From Octopus bimaculoides (taxonomy: Eukaryota), in contig NC_068985.1 in assembly GCF_001194135.2 (NCBI RefSeq), positions 91,011,128 to 91,075,061 of the forward strand: a DNA stretch of 63,934 nt, written 5' to 3'. Of this stretch, positions 1 through 11,912 are shown one piece after another. Each line of letters starts with the position of its first letter. The stretch's first letter is position 1. Below the pieces are notes generated by a model. That model saw only the letters and a list, made by a program, of their open reading frames with translations. It was not told the origin of the DNA and made no database searches. Position numbers and translations under genes: made by a program.

Positions 1-1153
1 AAGCAACCGTATGTGTGTGTGATGGTTCATATGTATGTGTATGTATGTATGTGTGCGTATGTCTATTTGTGTTGTGTGTTGGTGGGGATGTTATGTGTGT
101 GTACGTTAGTTTGTGTGTGTACGTTAGTTTGTGTGTGTCTCTAAGTATGTTTGTGTTTGAATTGTCCTTGTGGTGCGTGTGTGTATGAGGGAGCAACTGT
201 ATGTGTGTGCATGAGGGTGCATGAGTGTGTGAGCATGTATGTGTGTGTTGTATTTATCAGGTGTCCTTTTACGTTGGGTTTATCCAGGTGATGTGTATGT
301 GTGTGCATGTGTGTTCCGTGTATGTTGGTACTGGGTATGCGTTTGTATGTTTGTGTATGTGTATGTGTGTATGGTTTATGTAGTTTCATGGTGTATATGT
401 GTATATGTGTGTGTGCTCTGTAATTGTGAGTGATTAGTTTTGTTTGTATTGTTAGTGCAGTATGTGTGTATACGGGTGGGTGTGTTTGTGTGAGTGCGTC
501 TATGTGGCTTGTATTTGTCGGGGAGGTGTGTCATTGTGTGTGCATGCTTCTGTGCATGTGTGCTTGTGAGTGTTTGTTGTGATTGTTGGGATTGTATTGT
601 GTGTGTTTTTCTTTTGAGTGTGTGTGTGACATTTTTACTGGGGAACGGGCGTATCATGTTTGCATGTGTGTGTACATATGTATGCAAATATGCGTGTGTG
701 AATATGATTTGTGGTTGCTGGAGTGGTGTGTAGGTGTGTGCATGTACCTGTTTACGTATGTGTTTATGGGTGTTGGTTGTGGTTGCTACAATTGTATTGT
801 AAGGTTATATATGCATGTGTTTTTTTCTTGAAATGTATGTGGGTTTGTGCTCTAGTGTGGAGATATTGTGATTGTGTGTGTGTATATATGCGTGTAAGTG
901 TGTTGGTGTCGGAGATTTGCATTCTATTTGTGTGTGTGTGATTTTGCGTATCTATGTGTCTTTGTTTTGGGTGTGCACCTGGGGAGGGGGCTTATGTTAG
1001 AGTATGCTGAGCTGTGATCTGTATTTTTGAATAAGATTATTTTCCCTATTTGTTCGTGTTTGGTCAGTGGTCTTGTCTGAGCATTGGTATAATGGGAAAA
1101 CTAGGAACTTGGGGGACTTGTTTTGGGAACATAGATAAAAGTGCCCACTGAGT
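1..1153 (-). mobile_element. Inverted copy of the 3' end (GIY-YIG C-terminus plus CA-rich 3' UTR) of the adjacent Penelope-like element
   Basis: The reverse complement of 826-1153 aligns without gaps to 3391-3718 with about 21 mismatches in 328 bp (hand count). 1-825 continues as degenerate CA-rich sequence on the minus strand. Confidence 0.9.
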
Positions 1154-1451
1154 NNNNNNNNNNNNNNNNNNNNNNNNNNNNNNNNNNNNNNNNNNNNNNN
1201 NNNNNNNNNNNNNNNNNNNNNNNNNNNNNNNNNNNNNNNNNNNNNNNNNNNNNNNNNNNNNNNNNNNNNNNNNNNNNNNNNNNNNNNNNNNNNNNNNNNN
1301 NNNNNNNNNNNNNNNNNNNNNNNNNNNNNNNNNNNNNNNNNNNNNNNNNNNNNNNNNNNNNNNNNNNNNNNNNNNNNNNNNNNNNNNNNNNNNNNNNNNN
1401 NNNNNNNNNNNNNNNNNNNNNNNNNNNNNNNNNNNNNNNNNNNNNNNNNNN

Positions 1452-3547
1452 ACTAAAATTCACTCCAATTCCACAATACCGCAACTTAAGTGAAATACAG
1501 GATAATGTCTCCCACTTTTGTAGAAAATTACGCCTCACAGAGGAATTTTTTGACAAAGAAATCAATAACGACGAATCAATGGTTCGTAACAAGAGCAATT
1601 ATAATCCCATAAAAGGTAGAAACAAAATATTGGACAAATTTTGTGAGTACATTTCGAACTTTCCATATAATGAACTTCCACAACCTAAACCCAAACCCAA
1701 CACCAGTATAAACGAATGGAAAATCATCCATGTGTTACGAAACAATCATGACACCACAATCAAAGAAGCAGATAAGGGTAGCACTGTCGTCTTTATGGAT
1801 ACAGAACAGACCAAATTAAACACACTCATTTGCCAACATCGAAGCAACTTAACAGAGAAATGCGACTACATAGGAAACTTTAATTGCAAAACCAGCAACC
1901 TCTATGGACTTCCAAAAATCCACAAGAGCAAAACTATTTGTGAATCTTGCTAAAAGTCCACTTCAACCTGCATCACTGTACCACATCACACTGATCTCAA
2001 ACTAAGACCAATTGTGGCTGGCCCAAACTGTGAAACACACACATTAAGCAAATTTATCGATATCCTCTTGAAACCAATACTTCACCACATACCAAGTATT
2101 GTTAGAGATGACCTGGACCTACTAAATCATCTACCCAAACATACCGATAAAGACATTTTCATTGTTTCCTTTGATGTAATAAATCTTTACAGTACGATCC
2201 CACAACAATATGGACTGGAAGCCATTAAATTCTGACTAGAAAAATACCCCATTGAGATCCCAGAAAGAATAAAAAATGAATTCATCATCGAGGGCCTTAA
2301 GTTTATCCTTCAAAACAATTTTTTTAATTTTAATGATAACACCTACAGACAGGTATCAGGGACTGCAATGGGGACTAAAGTTGCCCCTACATATGCAAAC
2401 CTGGCGATGGCCTACTTAGAATTGCAGATCTACGACAAATCCAAAACTAGATATGGCCTTTCCACCAATACCTGTTGAAGAATTGGAAACGTTACTTGGA
2501 TGATTGCCTCATCATATGGTCTCACACACTCGACCAACTCTTTGACTTCAAAGCCCTAATCAACAGTGTCAACAATCATATCCAATTTACAATGGAATAC
2601 AGTCAAGACCAACTTCTTTTTATTTAGATTCTCATTATAAAAATAGGTACCAGTATTGAGACTGATATTCATTACAAACCGACTGATTCCAAGCAATACC
2701 TTCTGTTCACCTCCAATCACCCAAAACATACAAAGACAAACATTCCCTTCAAACTTGCGAGAAGAATTTGCACAATTGTCTCTAATTATAGAACTCGAAA
2801 TAAAAGACTCGAAGAACTAAAGGAAATTCTTCTCGAAAGATATTACCCAGCTTCATTAGTTGACAATGGAATAGAACGGGCCAAGAGAATTGCTAACCAT
2901 GACCTGCGAAAACCGAAACACATACACGGCACGATAAATAGTCTCCCATATCTCTCAACACACAATCCTAGAAATACAGAAGCTTACACAATAATATACA
3001 AAAACATCCCACTACTGAATCAAGACCCACGTCTAAAAAGAGTACTCGCAACCCATAAAATAATAAAAATGAAAAGACAACCCAAATCCCTAAAAAACCT
3101 ACTCACGAATGCAAAATTGCGCAACACAAGCCCACCACCTATCGTCAAAAAATGTGGTCGTTCCAACTGCAGGACTTGCATCCACCTCATGGAAGGAACA
3201 GCATACAGATTTCAGTCGGGACACATTTTTATCATAAAAAATAACTTCACCTGCGCATCCAAAAATTTACTTTATGCCATAAGGTGTGAAGGGTGCCACA
3301 AAGAGTACATAGGCAAAACGAGACCACTCCCAGAGAAAGGATGACAGTCCACCGCCAACAATTGAGGGATCCCACCACAAGACAGATACCACTCAGTGGG
3401 CACTTAGATCTCTGTGCACAAAACAAGTCCCCCAAATTCCTAGTTTTCCCATTATACCAATGCTCAGACAACACCACTGACCAAACACGAATAAATAGGG
3501 AAAATAATCTTATTCAAAAATACAGACCACAGCTCAACATACTCTAA
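1452..3547 (+). pseudogene. Penelope-like retroelement ORF (RT + GIY-YIG endonuclease, Neptune-type), disrupted by stops and frameshifts
   Basis: Motifs in order: IKEADKGSTVV, YGLPKIHK, LRPIVAGP, SFDVINLYSTIP, GTAMGTKVAPTYANL, RYLDD (YLDD at 2493-2504), YKPTDSKQYL, CGRSNCRTC, LLYAIRCEGCHKEYIGKT, RENNLIQKYRPQLN. Confidence 0.95.
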
Positions 3548-4194
3548 CATAAGCCTCCTCCCCAGGTGAACACCCAAAACAAAGGCACACAGATACGCAA
3601 AATCACACACACACAAATATAATGCAAACCTCCGACACGAACACACTTACACACCTATATACACACATACAATCACAATATCTCCACACTAGAGTACAAA
3701 CCCACATACATTTCAAGANNNNNNNNNNNNNNNNNNNNNNNNNNNNNNNNNNNNNNNNNNNNNNNNNNNNNNNNNNNNNNNNNNNNNNNNNNNNNNNNNN
3801 NNNNNNNNNNNNNNNNNNACACATTCCACAATAAACTCTGGGACCAATAAAAACGGCACACACACACCGACACTAACACACATATACACACACACATAGA
3901 GATGTGCACAAAACCAGTTCCAAAAACCATTGAACCATGACAGACTAGCTCACAGACCAACCAAAATTCAAAAACTCCCTTTTAACTCTTCCTTCCTCCC
4001 ACCCCAGCTATCCAGTCATATTGTCTCTTAAGACAGCAAACATTCCCTGAATACACACAAGAGAAAAAGCTAGGTCAGTTCCTCCTCAACTTTTTGCGAA
4101 CTCTTAAATATATTTCCTGGGTATATATATACATATTTTACCAAATCATTTTTGTTATAACAATGTTGTAAACTATTTCAAACATTTTCTTCTT

Positions 4195-4370
4195 CTTATT
4201 ATTATTATCAAAGAATGTATATATGTATTTTGATACTTAAACTGTTTCTAACATCTATTATTATCAAAGATTATGTACATGTATTTTTCCATACATGTAT
4301 TTTCATACTTACACTGTTTTTAGCATTTTCGTCTTATTATCAGAGAATGTATATATGTATTTCAATACGT
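4195..4370. repeat. Degenerate tandem repeat, about 3 units of 60-70 bp
   Basis: TTATTATCA(A/G)AGA..ATGTA(T/C)AT..GTATTT recurs three times. Confidence 0.55.
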
Positions 4371-7300
4371 TTGTGATAATCAGTATGTAACACTACAAAG
4401 CTCATANNNNNNNNNNNNNNNNNNNNNNNNNNNNNNNNNNNNNNNNNNNNNNNNNNNNNNNNNNNNNNNNNNNNNNNNNNNNNNNNNNNNNNNNNNNNNN
4501 NNNNNNNNNNNNNNNNNNNNNNNNNNNNNNNNNNNNNNNNNNNNNNNNNNNNNNNNNNNNNNNNNNNNNNNNNNNNNNNNNNNNNNNNNNNNNNNNNNNN
4601 NNNNNNNNNNNNNNNNNNNNNNNNNNNNNNNNNNNNNNNNNNNNNNNNNNNNNNNNNNNNNNNNNNNNNNNNNNNNNNNNNNNNNNNNNNNNNNNNNNNN
4701 NNNNNNNNNNNNNNNNNNNNNNNNNNNNNNNNNNNNNNNNNNNNNNNNNNNNNNNNNNNNNNNNNNNNNNNNNNNNNNNNNNNNNNNNNNNNNNNNNNNN
4801 NNNNNNNNNNNNNNNNNNNNNNNNNNNNNNNNNNNNNNNNNNNNNNNNNNNNNNNNNNNNNNNNNNNNNNNNNNNNNNNNNNNNNNNNNNNNNNNNNNNN
4901 NNNNNNNNNNNNNNNNNNNNNNNNNNNNNNNNNNNNNNNNNNNNNNNNNNNNNNNNNNNNNNNNNNNNNNNNNNNNNNNNNNNNNNNNNNNNNNNNNNNN
5001 NNNNNNNNNNNNNNNNNNNNNNNNNNNNNNNNNNNNNNNNNNNNNNNNNNNNNNNNNNNNNNNNNNNNNNNNNNNNNNNNNNNNNNNNNNNNNNNNNNNN
5101 NNNNNNNNNNNNNNNNNNNNNNNNNNNNNNNNNNNNNNNNNNNNNNNNNNNNNNNNNNNNNNNNNNNNNNNNNNNNNNNNNNNNNNNNNNNNNNNNNNNN
5201 NNNNNNNNNNNNNNNNNNNNNNNNNNNNNNNNNNNNNNNNNNNNNNNNNNNNNNNNNNNNNNNTATATCATGCTACTTTAATTGCATTTTCTTACCAATC
5301 AGAGTTACATTCATTTCCAAACAAGTTTGCGATTCTATTCAATAATGTGTTTTATAGGATTATTTACGTTTATTACCTTCTACGAATATAACATCGTTGC
5401 AGCGTTTCCGCATCATGACTCGACATTTTCTCAGTATTACCTTAATAAAATTCACACACATATCGTACGTCTGAATCACAGTAATATAGAAAAAAAATAG
5501 AAAAATATTATATCGTGAAAACAAATATAATAAAATATCCTTTAAAATGTTGTCAACGAAATCTATGAAATCGTGAAATTTTTGTAAATAGTGTATACGT
5601 AACTTCACTACATTTGTAGATAGTTTACATGATGAAGATTGCTCATCTTTTTATATTATACAACATTGCAATAATCCGTTCAACACGACAATGTAGCGTT
5701 TAATAGCGTACATCTGAATATTCTGAAATGTCTTATATAGTCACCAGTTAGAAGAAAATTGATGCATGTAATTATGTAACAAGGAATGACAAAGTTCAAT
5801 TATTTGCAGATGCAATTTTACACTCGAACACAACATTAAAAGAAGAGTCTTCTTATATCATAGAGATAATATTGTTCTTCCATTTCGGTATAATTCAGTT
5901 GTATTTAAATTCAAACGAATGTTACGTTGTTTCTCAACATTTTCCATAATCTTATATTTATTTCCTCTTTTGTTTTTCATTAAAGAAAATACTGCAATTA
6001 GAACGCTTAATTCCCAAAGAACTTTCAATAAAAAAGGATTCTTAGTCGACATTTAAGGAGTTTTAATTTATTCCTGTGTATTATTTCTCGATTGTATTCA
6101 TTCTATTACTGTTTTCTTATTTTCTGATTTCTCTTTGTTTTATACTTCCTTTATTTGTTGTTGCATGATTCAAAGAGGAATTTGTCGCGCTATTTTATTT
6201 TTGATCTTCCAAAAACTAAAATAATTGCTACTATGATCATGCTATCCGTACTCAACCTTTGAGAGAATTTTCCTTTCATCAAATAACTAGAAAAACCACG
6301 CAATAAACTAAAAGTAATAGCATTGTGTTTATGTGCATTTCTGTAAAACGGAATGGTCTTTATTCTTGCAATTAATATCAAACGAAAACAAAGTTACTGA
6401 GGATCTGAAAATGAAACCAAACAAAACACTTCTTTAACATTGCGTGAGCCAAACATTATTTTGCAAAACAATACGTAAAACTCTACAAACACAAAACAAA
6501 ACACATACACTCAATTATACATCCTACGGATTAAATTTGATATTATTTCAGAACGAAATATCAAATGTACTGGCAGAGATTGATTATGACCAACAAACAG
6601 CATCCCTAGTGTAGTTTAATTCCGTTGCTGTAGATTGACTTCTCAAATGATAATTGACTGATCGAGTCATCCTTCGTTCAAATTAATGAGGGTTCTTTAA
6701 TTTATTCCTCTGCACAATGAATCATACAACGCCTAATAAATAAGAACAGAAATTCGCGTGGAGCGGATAATAAAAAGTTACCATTTGAAGAAGCTTAAGA
6801 GAAAAAAATGTTAACTATATAATCATGGTATGGAATGCCTGCTATATTATGCAGATAGAATAATATTCGTGCTGTATTACATTGCAGAACGGCATTTCAA
6901 ATGCAGCAGCAGCGGATGAACCATGATTATTCAAAATATTAATTGGGAAAATTAATAAGTCACTTGGTAAAGCATTATTCATCTCTTTGATTGGTTGTTC
7001 AAACAGTTGGTAATTTTAACTCATATGAATATCTAAAATGATTTTGTTTCATGAGAATTTACACCGGCATATGTGTCTTTGCAATTTAGATGATGCAATG
7101 CTGTGACTATAGCAGGGTATTGTTATATATTTAATATAGCCAACAAACATATAACAGACACCCAGATCGTAACGGCAGTATATCTAGGATTCAAAATTGA
7201 AAATCCATGCTTCCAGATGTATTACACTGAATAGGAAATTTGTTTAAATGATCTATTAGCAAGTTGGAAATGCTACGATGTTGCCTGACTTTATATAAAT

Positions 7301-7740
7301 AATAAAACAATCTTTAACTTGAACATTTCGTGATTGTCAACATTTCTTACATCAGCAAACTATTAAATACTTTCATACATCCCTTGAATATCAGAATAAA
7401 ACTTTGAAAATATTTCGAGTATTTTTTCGAAAACTTAATACCTTATTTCAATCTTGAGAATCAATAATAACACATTTTTTGTCATTGAGCATCATGATTG
7501 AGATAAGTTATGTGTGCAATTCAAAATATGTATTATTATGTATTTTAACAATGCTATAGATTACTACGACACTATAAAGTATGACAATGGAAAATATAAT
7601 TATTAAAAGAATATGAATTTAATAATTATTGAAGATGCACTAAACCTAGGTAATAGTGCTAGATTATAATCTTTCAAAAAGATAGCTTTGCAAGAATTGG
7701 AAAGTAACGACTTCCATTATATTAATTAGTTAGGTACTAA

Positions 7741-8350
7741 GTGATATATAAGGTCGCAACACAATCTTTGCAACCATGTCTGCTTTCTCCCACATTCCTA
7801 GTCTCATTTCAGCTTCTTCGATCTTCTTGTCTTCTGTATTCGTTAATGTCCCTTCACGATGTTGGTTTAGCGTGCTCCGTTTCTCCACCCCCACCCCCCC
7901 AAACACTCAAGCTTCCACTTTAGTGCTATCATAGAATGGCTAGCTAAATTTGGTTTCACAACATGTCGGATCCAGTTCCACCGTCTGTGTCTTATTTCGT
8001 TACTGATCTTGTTAATATTTGTTGTCAACTTACTTGTGTCATTTTGGACTCTTTGCAGCCACATGATGTCGAGTATTCTCCGTTAAAATGTAAAAATTGT
8101 CGCTGTCCAGTGAGCCTTCTTCATTTTTGTCACTTTCCAGTCTACACACTCTTAATCAAATACTAACTGTACCAATGTCTTAAACAACTTGATTTTGCTT
8201 CTTCATACCTTTCTCAGAATGTTGAATGCTCGCTGACTTTTCGATATTCTGTTCTTTATATACTCAGTTCTCGCTACCTTCTTTCTTTAGTGTTGGCTGC
8301 AGATACACAAATATTTGAACGACTAACTTCGTCATCTTCGATTCTCACAA
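7741..8350 (-). mobile_element. RTE-clade LINE 3' fragment (C-terminal region), decayed
   Basis: Minus-strand translation gives KIKLFKTLV, IMWLQRVQN and EIRHRRWNWIRHV...IALKWK, typical of RTE ORF C-termini. Confidence 0.75.
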
Positions 8351-9442
8351 GCTTGTTGTCGTACATTAAACTAAAGTTTAAGACCAATCAGTGTGTTACT
8401 GTGTGTCTTGCTCTGGGTGTCTGTAAGCCTGTGCACCTTGCCGTGGGTCTATTCCTATGTGGATGGTAGTAACGCTCAATCGACCAAGAAATCAAGAATT
8501 GGAAGCATACATTATGTTACTATTATAATATTTTCCCAAAGAATAATTGATTAATCCGTATTTCATATAGATGGATTTTATGTAGAAAAATAAAATGATT
8601 TTCTCCCAATATATTACTCTGAAAAGTTTTAAAATATTAAATTACAGTGAAAATTTGCATAATGGATTTTCAGAATATATTATGTAAAACATAGAACATA
8701 TACAATGTTTATTAACATCACAATTTAAGATATATTTGAGTGCAAGTTTTTTTTTTTGTTTTCTGAACTTCAAATATATGAGTAAAATATAATGTTTTAA
8801 TGTGACACATAGCTGTTAGAAGAGATTTTTATAAATATCAAAATAAAATATTATATCCATCTAATGATGTATTGACAGTAGTGTTATTTTAAAGTGTAAC
8901 TTTTGTAGTTTGCAATATTGCAATTTTTAAATATGTCTTTATAGGGAAATATTAACGTAAAATGTTGATGCCTGATAATTAACTTGGATACAAATGTATG
9001 AGAAAATATTTGAACAACTGAACAAATAAGTATAGCATTTTAAGCGAGGAATTCAAAAACATTCTAAAATACATGTATCGTACCTAAGCTCAAAAATATT
9101 CAAAGCTAACTGAATTTTACTAAGGTATATTTAAAGCTGTTATATTGAAATATATACTTTAATTAAATATTGTTTTATATTTTTGCTATTAATACCATAG
9201 TTTGGATATAATATATATGTACATATATCAAATATATATGTATTTTAAAAATGCTTATAGTTATGTAAAATGATGTAATACATTTAGAAATTAATAACAA
9301 AAAGACGTATGCATATCCAGGCACACGCGCGCACAATCACCTATATGTGCATATAAGTGCGTACATATGTGTGTGTGTGTGTGTGCGTGTGTGTGTGTGT
9401 GTAAAGTATATGTGAGTATATTTGTTTGCGTGTAAAGCATAT

Positions 9443-9840
9443 ATTGGCGCAGGTATGGCTGTTCTGTAAGAAGATTTCTTCCCGACTACATGGTACATGA
9501 TTCCGGGTTCAGTCCCACTGCGTGCCACTTTGGGCGACTGTTTTCTCTTATAGCCTCGGGCTAACCAAAGACTTGTCAGTGGATTTGGTAGAGGGAAAAT
9601 AAAGGAAGCCCGTCGTATATATATATGTGCGTGTGCATGTGTGTGTGTGTGTCTGTGTGTTTCTGTTTTTGTCCACCCACCATCACTGGACAACTTAGTG
9701 ATTCGGAAAAAGACACTGATAGAATAAGTACTAGGCTCACAAATAACAAGTCCTTGGTGTCGATTTGTTCGACTAGAGGCAGTACCCGAGCATGGCCGCA
9801 GTCAAATATCTGAAACAACTAAAAGAATAAATGAATAAAA
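9443..9840 (+). mobile_element. tRNA-derived SINE, family A
   Basis: Head GGCGCAGG..TGGCTG with B-box-like GGGTTCAGTCCC, internal (AT)n(GT)n, and tail GCATGGCCGCAGTCAAAT..CTGAAACAA.TAAAAGA. Homologous to other copies in the window. Confidence 0.85.
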
Positions 9841-9884
9841 TAATGTATATGCATATATTTTCTTATATATATAGTAAATCCCCC

Positions 9885-10060
9885 CACCCACCAAGAAAAG
9901 TGCAGAACAAACACAAAATCAACAACGTGAGGACATGCTATATGTAAAGTATTAGCAGACGTTCAACGAAGGAAAGAGCATCTGTGTTATTCAGAAACAG
10001 ACGAGAGTCTAATAGAAGAGGCAGACGGAGGAAAAACATCTTCGCTAACTATTCACATGT
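9885..10060 (-). mobile_element. Diverged relative of the 25.3-25.7 kb HHR-bearing repeat, hammerhead core apparently lost
   Basis: Reverse complement TTTCCTTCGTTGAACGTCTGCTAATACTTTACATATAGCATGTCCTCACGTTGTT resembles TTTCCTTCTTTGAGCGTATGTTAAAACATTGCATGTACCACGTCCTCGCATTGTT at ~25.6 kb. Confidence 0.5.
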
Positions 10061-10062
10061 TG

Positions 10063-10098
<36 letters not shown>

Positions 10099-10584
10099 NN
10101 NNNNNNNNNNNNNNNNNNNNNNNNNNNNNNNNNNNNNNNNNNNNNNNNNNNNNNNNNNNNNNNNNNNNNNNNNNNNNNNNNNNNNNNNNNNNNNNNNNNN
10201 NNNNNNNNNNNNNNNNNNNNNNNNNNNNNNNNNNNNNNNNNNNNNNNNNNNNNNNNNNNNNNNNNNNNNNNNNNNNNNNNNNNNNNNNNNNNNNNNNNNN
10301 NNNNNNNNNNNNNNNNNNNNNNNNNNNNNNNNNNNNNNNNNNNNNNNNNNNNNNNNNNNNNNNNNNNNNNNNNNNNNNNNNNNNNNNNNNNNNNNNNNNN
10401 NNNNNNNNNNNNNNNNNNNNNNNNNNNNNNNNNNNNNNNNNNNNNNNNNNNNNNNNNNNNNNNNNNNNNNNNNNNNNNNNNNNNNNNNNNNNNNNNNNNN
10501 NNNNNNNNNNNNNNNNNNNNNNNNNNNNNNNNNNNNNNNNNNNNNNNNNNNNNNNNNNNNNNNNNNNNNNNNNATATATATATA

Positions 10585-10905
10585 TTCTTTTACCCTCTAA
10601 ATTGGTTTAGCCATTACACAGCATCCAGGCTGGGGCATCGTGCCCCCAAAATTTAGTCGAGTGCATGGTCATTTTTCTGATGGTTTGTGCCGAACCGCTA
10701 AGATATGCGGATATAAACACTAACAATGTAGGTTCAACAGCGATGGCAGACGCACACATCTATACACATATACACACACGCACAAATATATATATACACA
10801 AGGATCTTTTTAATTTTCCTTCTACCAAATCCTTGATTGGCTGAAACTACAGTAGAATATATTTGCTGAAAAATGCCACGATGTGGTACTGAGCACGGAG
10901 ACTTA
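10585..10905 (-). mobile_element. Highly decayed SINE family A copy
   Basis: TTTAGTCGAG, GCCGAACCGCTAAG, CTACCAAATCC and ATGCCACG blocks occur in family order. Confidence 0.6.
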
Positions 10906-10910
10906 AAGTT

Positions 10911-11090
10911 ATGCTTTTAGACATTCATACATACGTATATACATGGTGTGCATGCTTACTTACATGCATACATACTCATACATGTATGCATACATACATA
11001 CATGCATACATTCATACATACATACATACATACATACATGCATGCATACATGCAAACATTCATACATGCATATATATGCATATATACATG
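10911..11090. repeat. Imperfect (ACAT)n / (ATGC)n microsatellite
   Basis: Visible directly in the sequence. Confidence 0.85.
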
Positions 11091-11863
11091 AACATTTCTC
11101 CCAAAATATAATCAGGGTATTCACAACTGATAAGACGTGAAGTAGTATCTAAGGCACCGTACAATGAGATCTGTCGGAGGGATAAACCTGAGGGAAAAGA
11201 AATAAGAACTCACAGTATGGTAGAAGCCATAGCCAGTCATTATAAGAAGCAGTACTGGTGGAAAGTACTAGTGACAACCTGAAACATAATGTAAACATAA
11301 TGTAAACATAATAGACCTGACATAATGGTTTGCGAGAGAGAAGAGAATCTGTGTGCAGTTAAGGAAAACTGTAGCACAGTGGATGTAGACGTAAATATTA
11401 GCGGAAAAGGAAAGAAAAATGCTCGCTGAAATATTGAGAAATATACAGTTACAATCGCCAGATTACAAGTTCAGGTTTATACCAGTAATTATTGGGTCAT
11501 TGGACAAGTAGCATAGTGCGTAAGTACCAATCTTCCGAATTTAGTCTTCTGAAAACCAGAAAGGAGAAAGCTGATTCGAGGACTACAAATTCAATACATC
11601 ACTGAAACTGTAAAAATCTGTAAAACTTTCCAGAGAATTTATCATTAGAGTACATATGAGCATGTCTAGATATACAGCTATATGCTTGAGAATACATACA
11701 TGAAACAAAACGTAGACATCTGCACATATAGTACCTATACAGGAATACGCTATTGATTTGGTTGAAATTCTAATGAAGGCGATTCCGATCTAGACTAGAA
11801 ACAGGCTCTTTCACAACTGGAAGGAAATTTCGAAATATGGCTCAATAATGATACACACACACA

Positions 11864-11912
<49 letters not shown>

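Larger units (their letters stand above)
1452..4400 (+). mobile_element. Penelope-like element including its 3' UTR (5' end lost in an N gap)
   Basis: ORF remnants followed by a CA-rich UTR shared with the inverted copy. The right boundary is approximate (gap from 4407). Confidence 0.75.

Noticed and set aside
11110-11130. Possible degraded HHR on the minus strand (CCCTGATTA..GAAATG)
   Set aside because: The core is mutated and no stem II forms.
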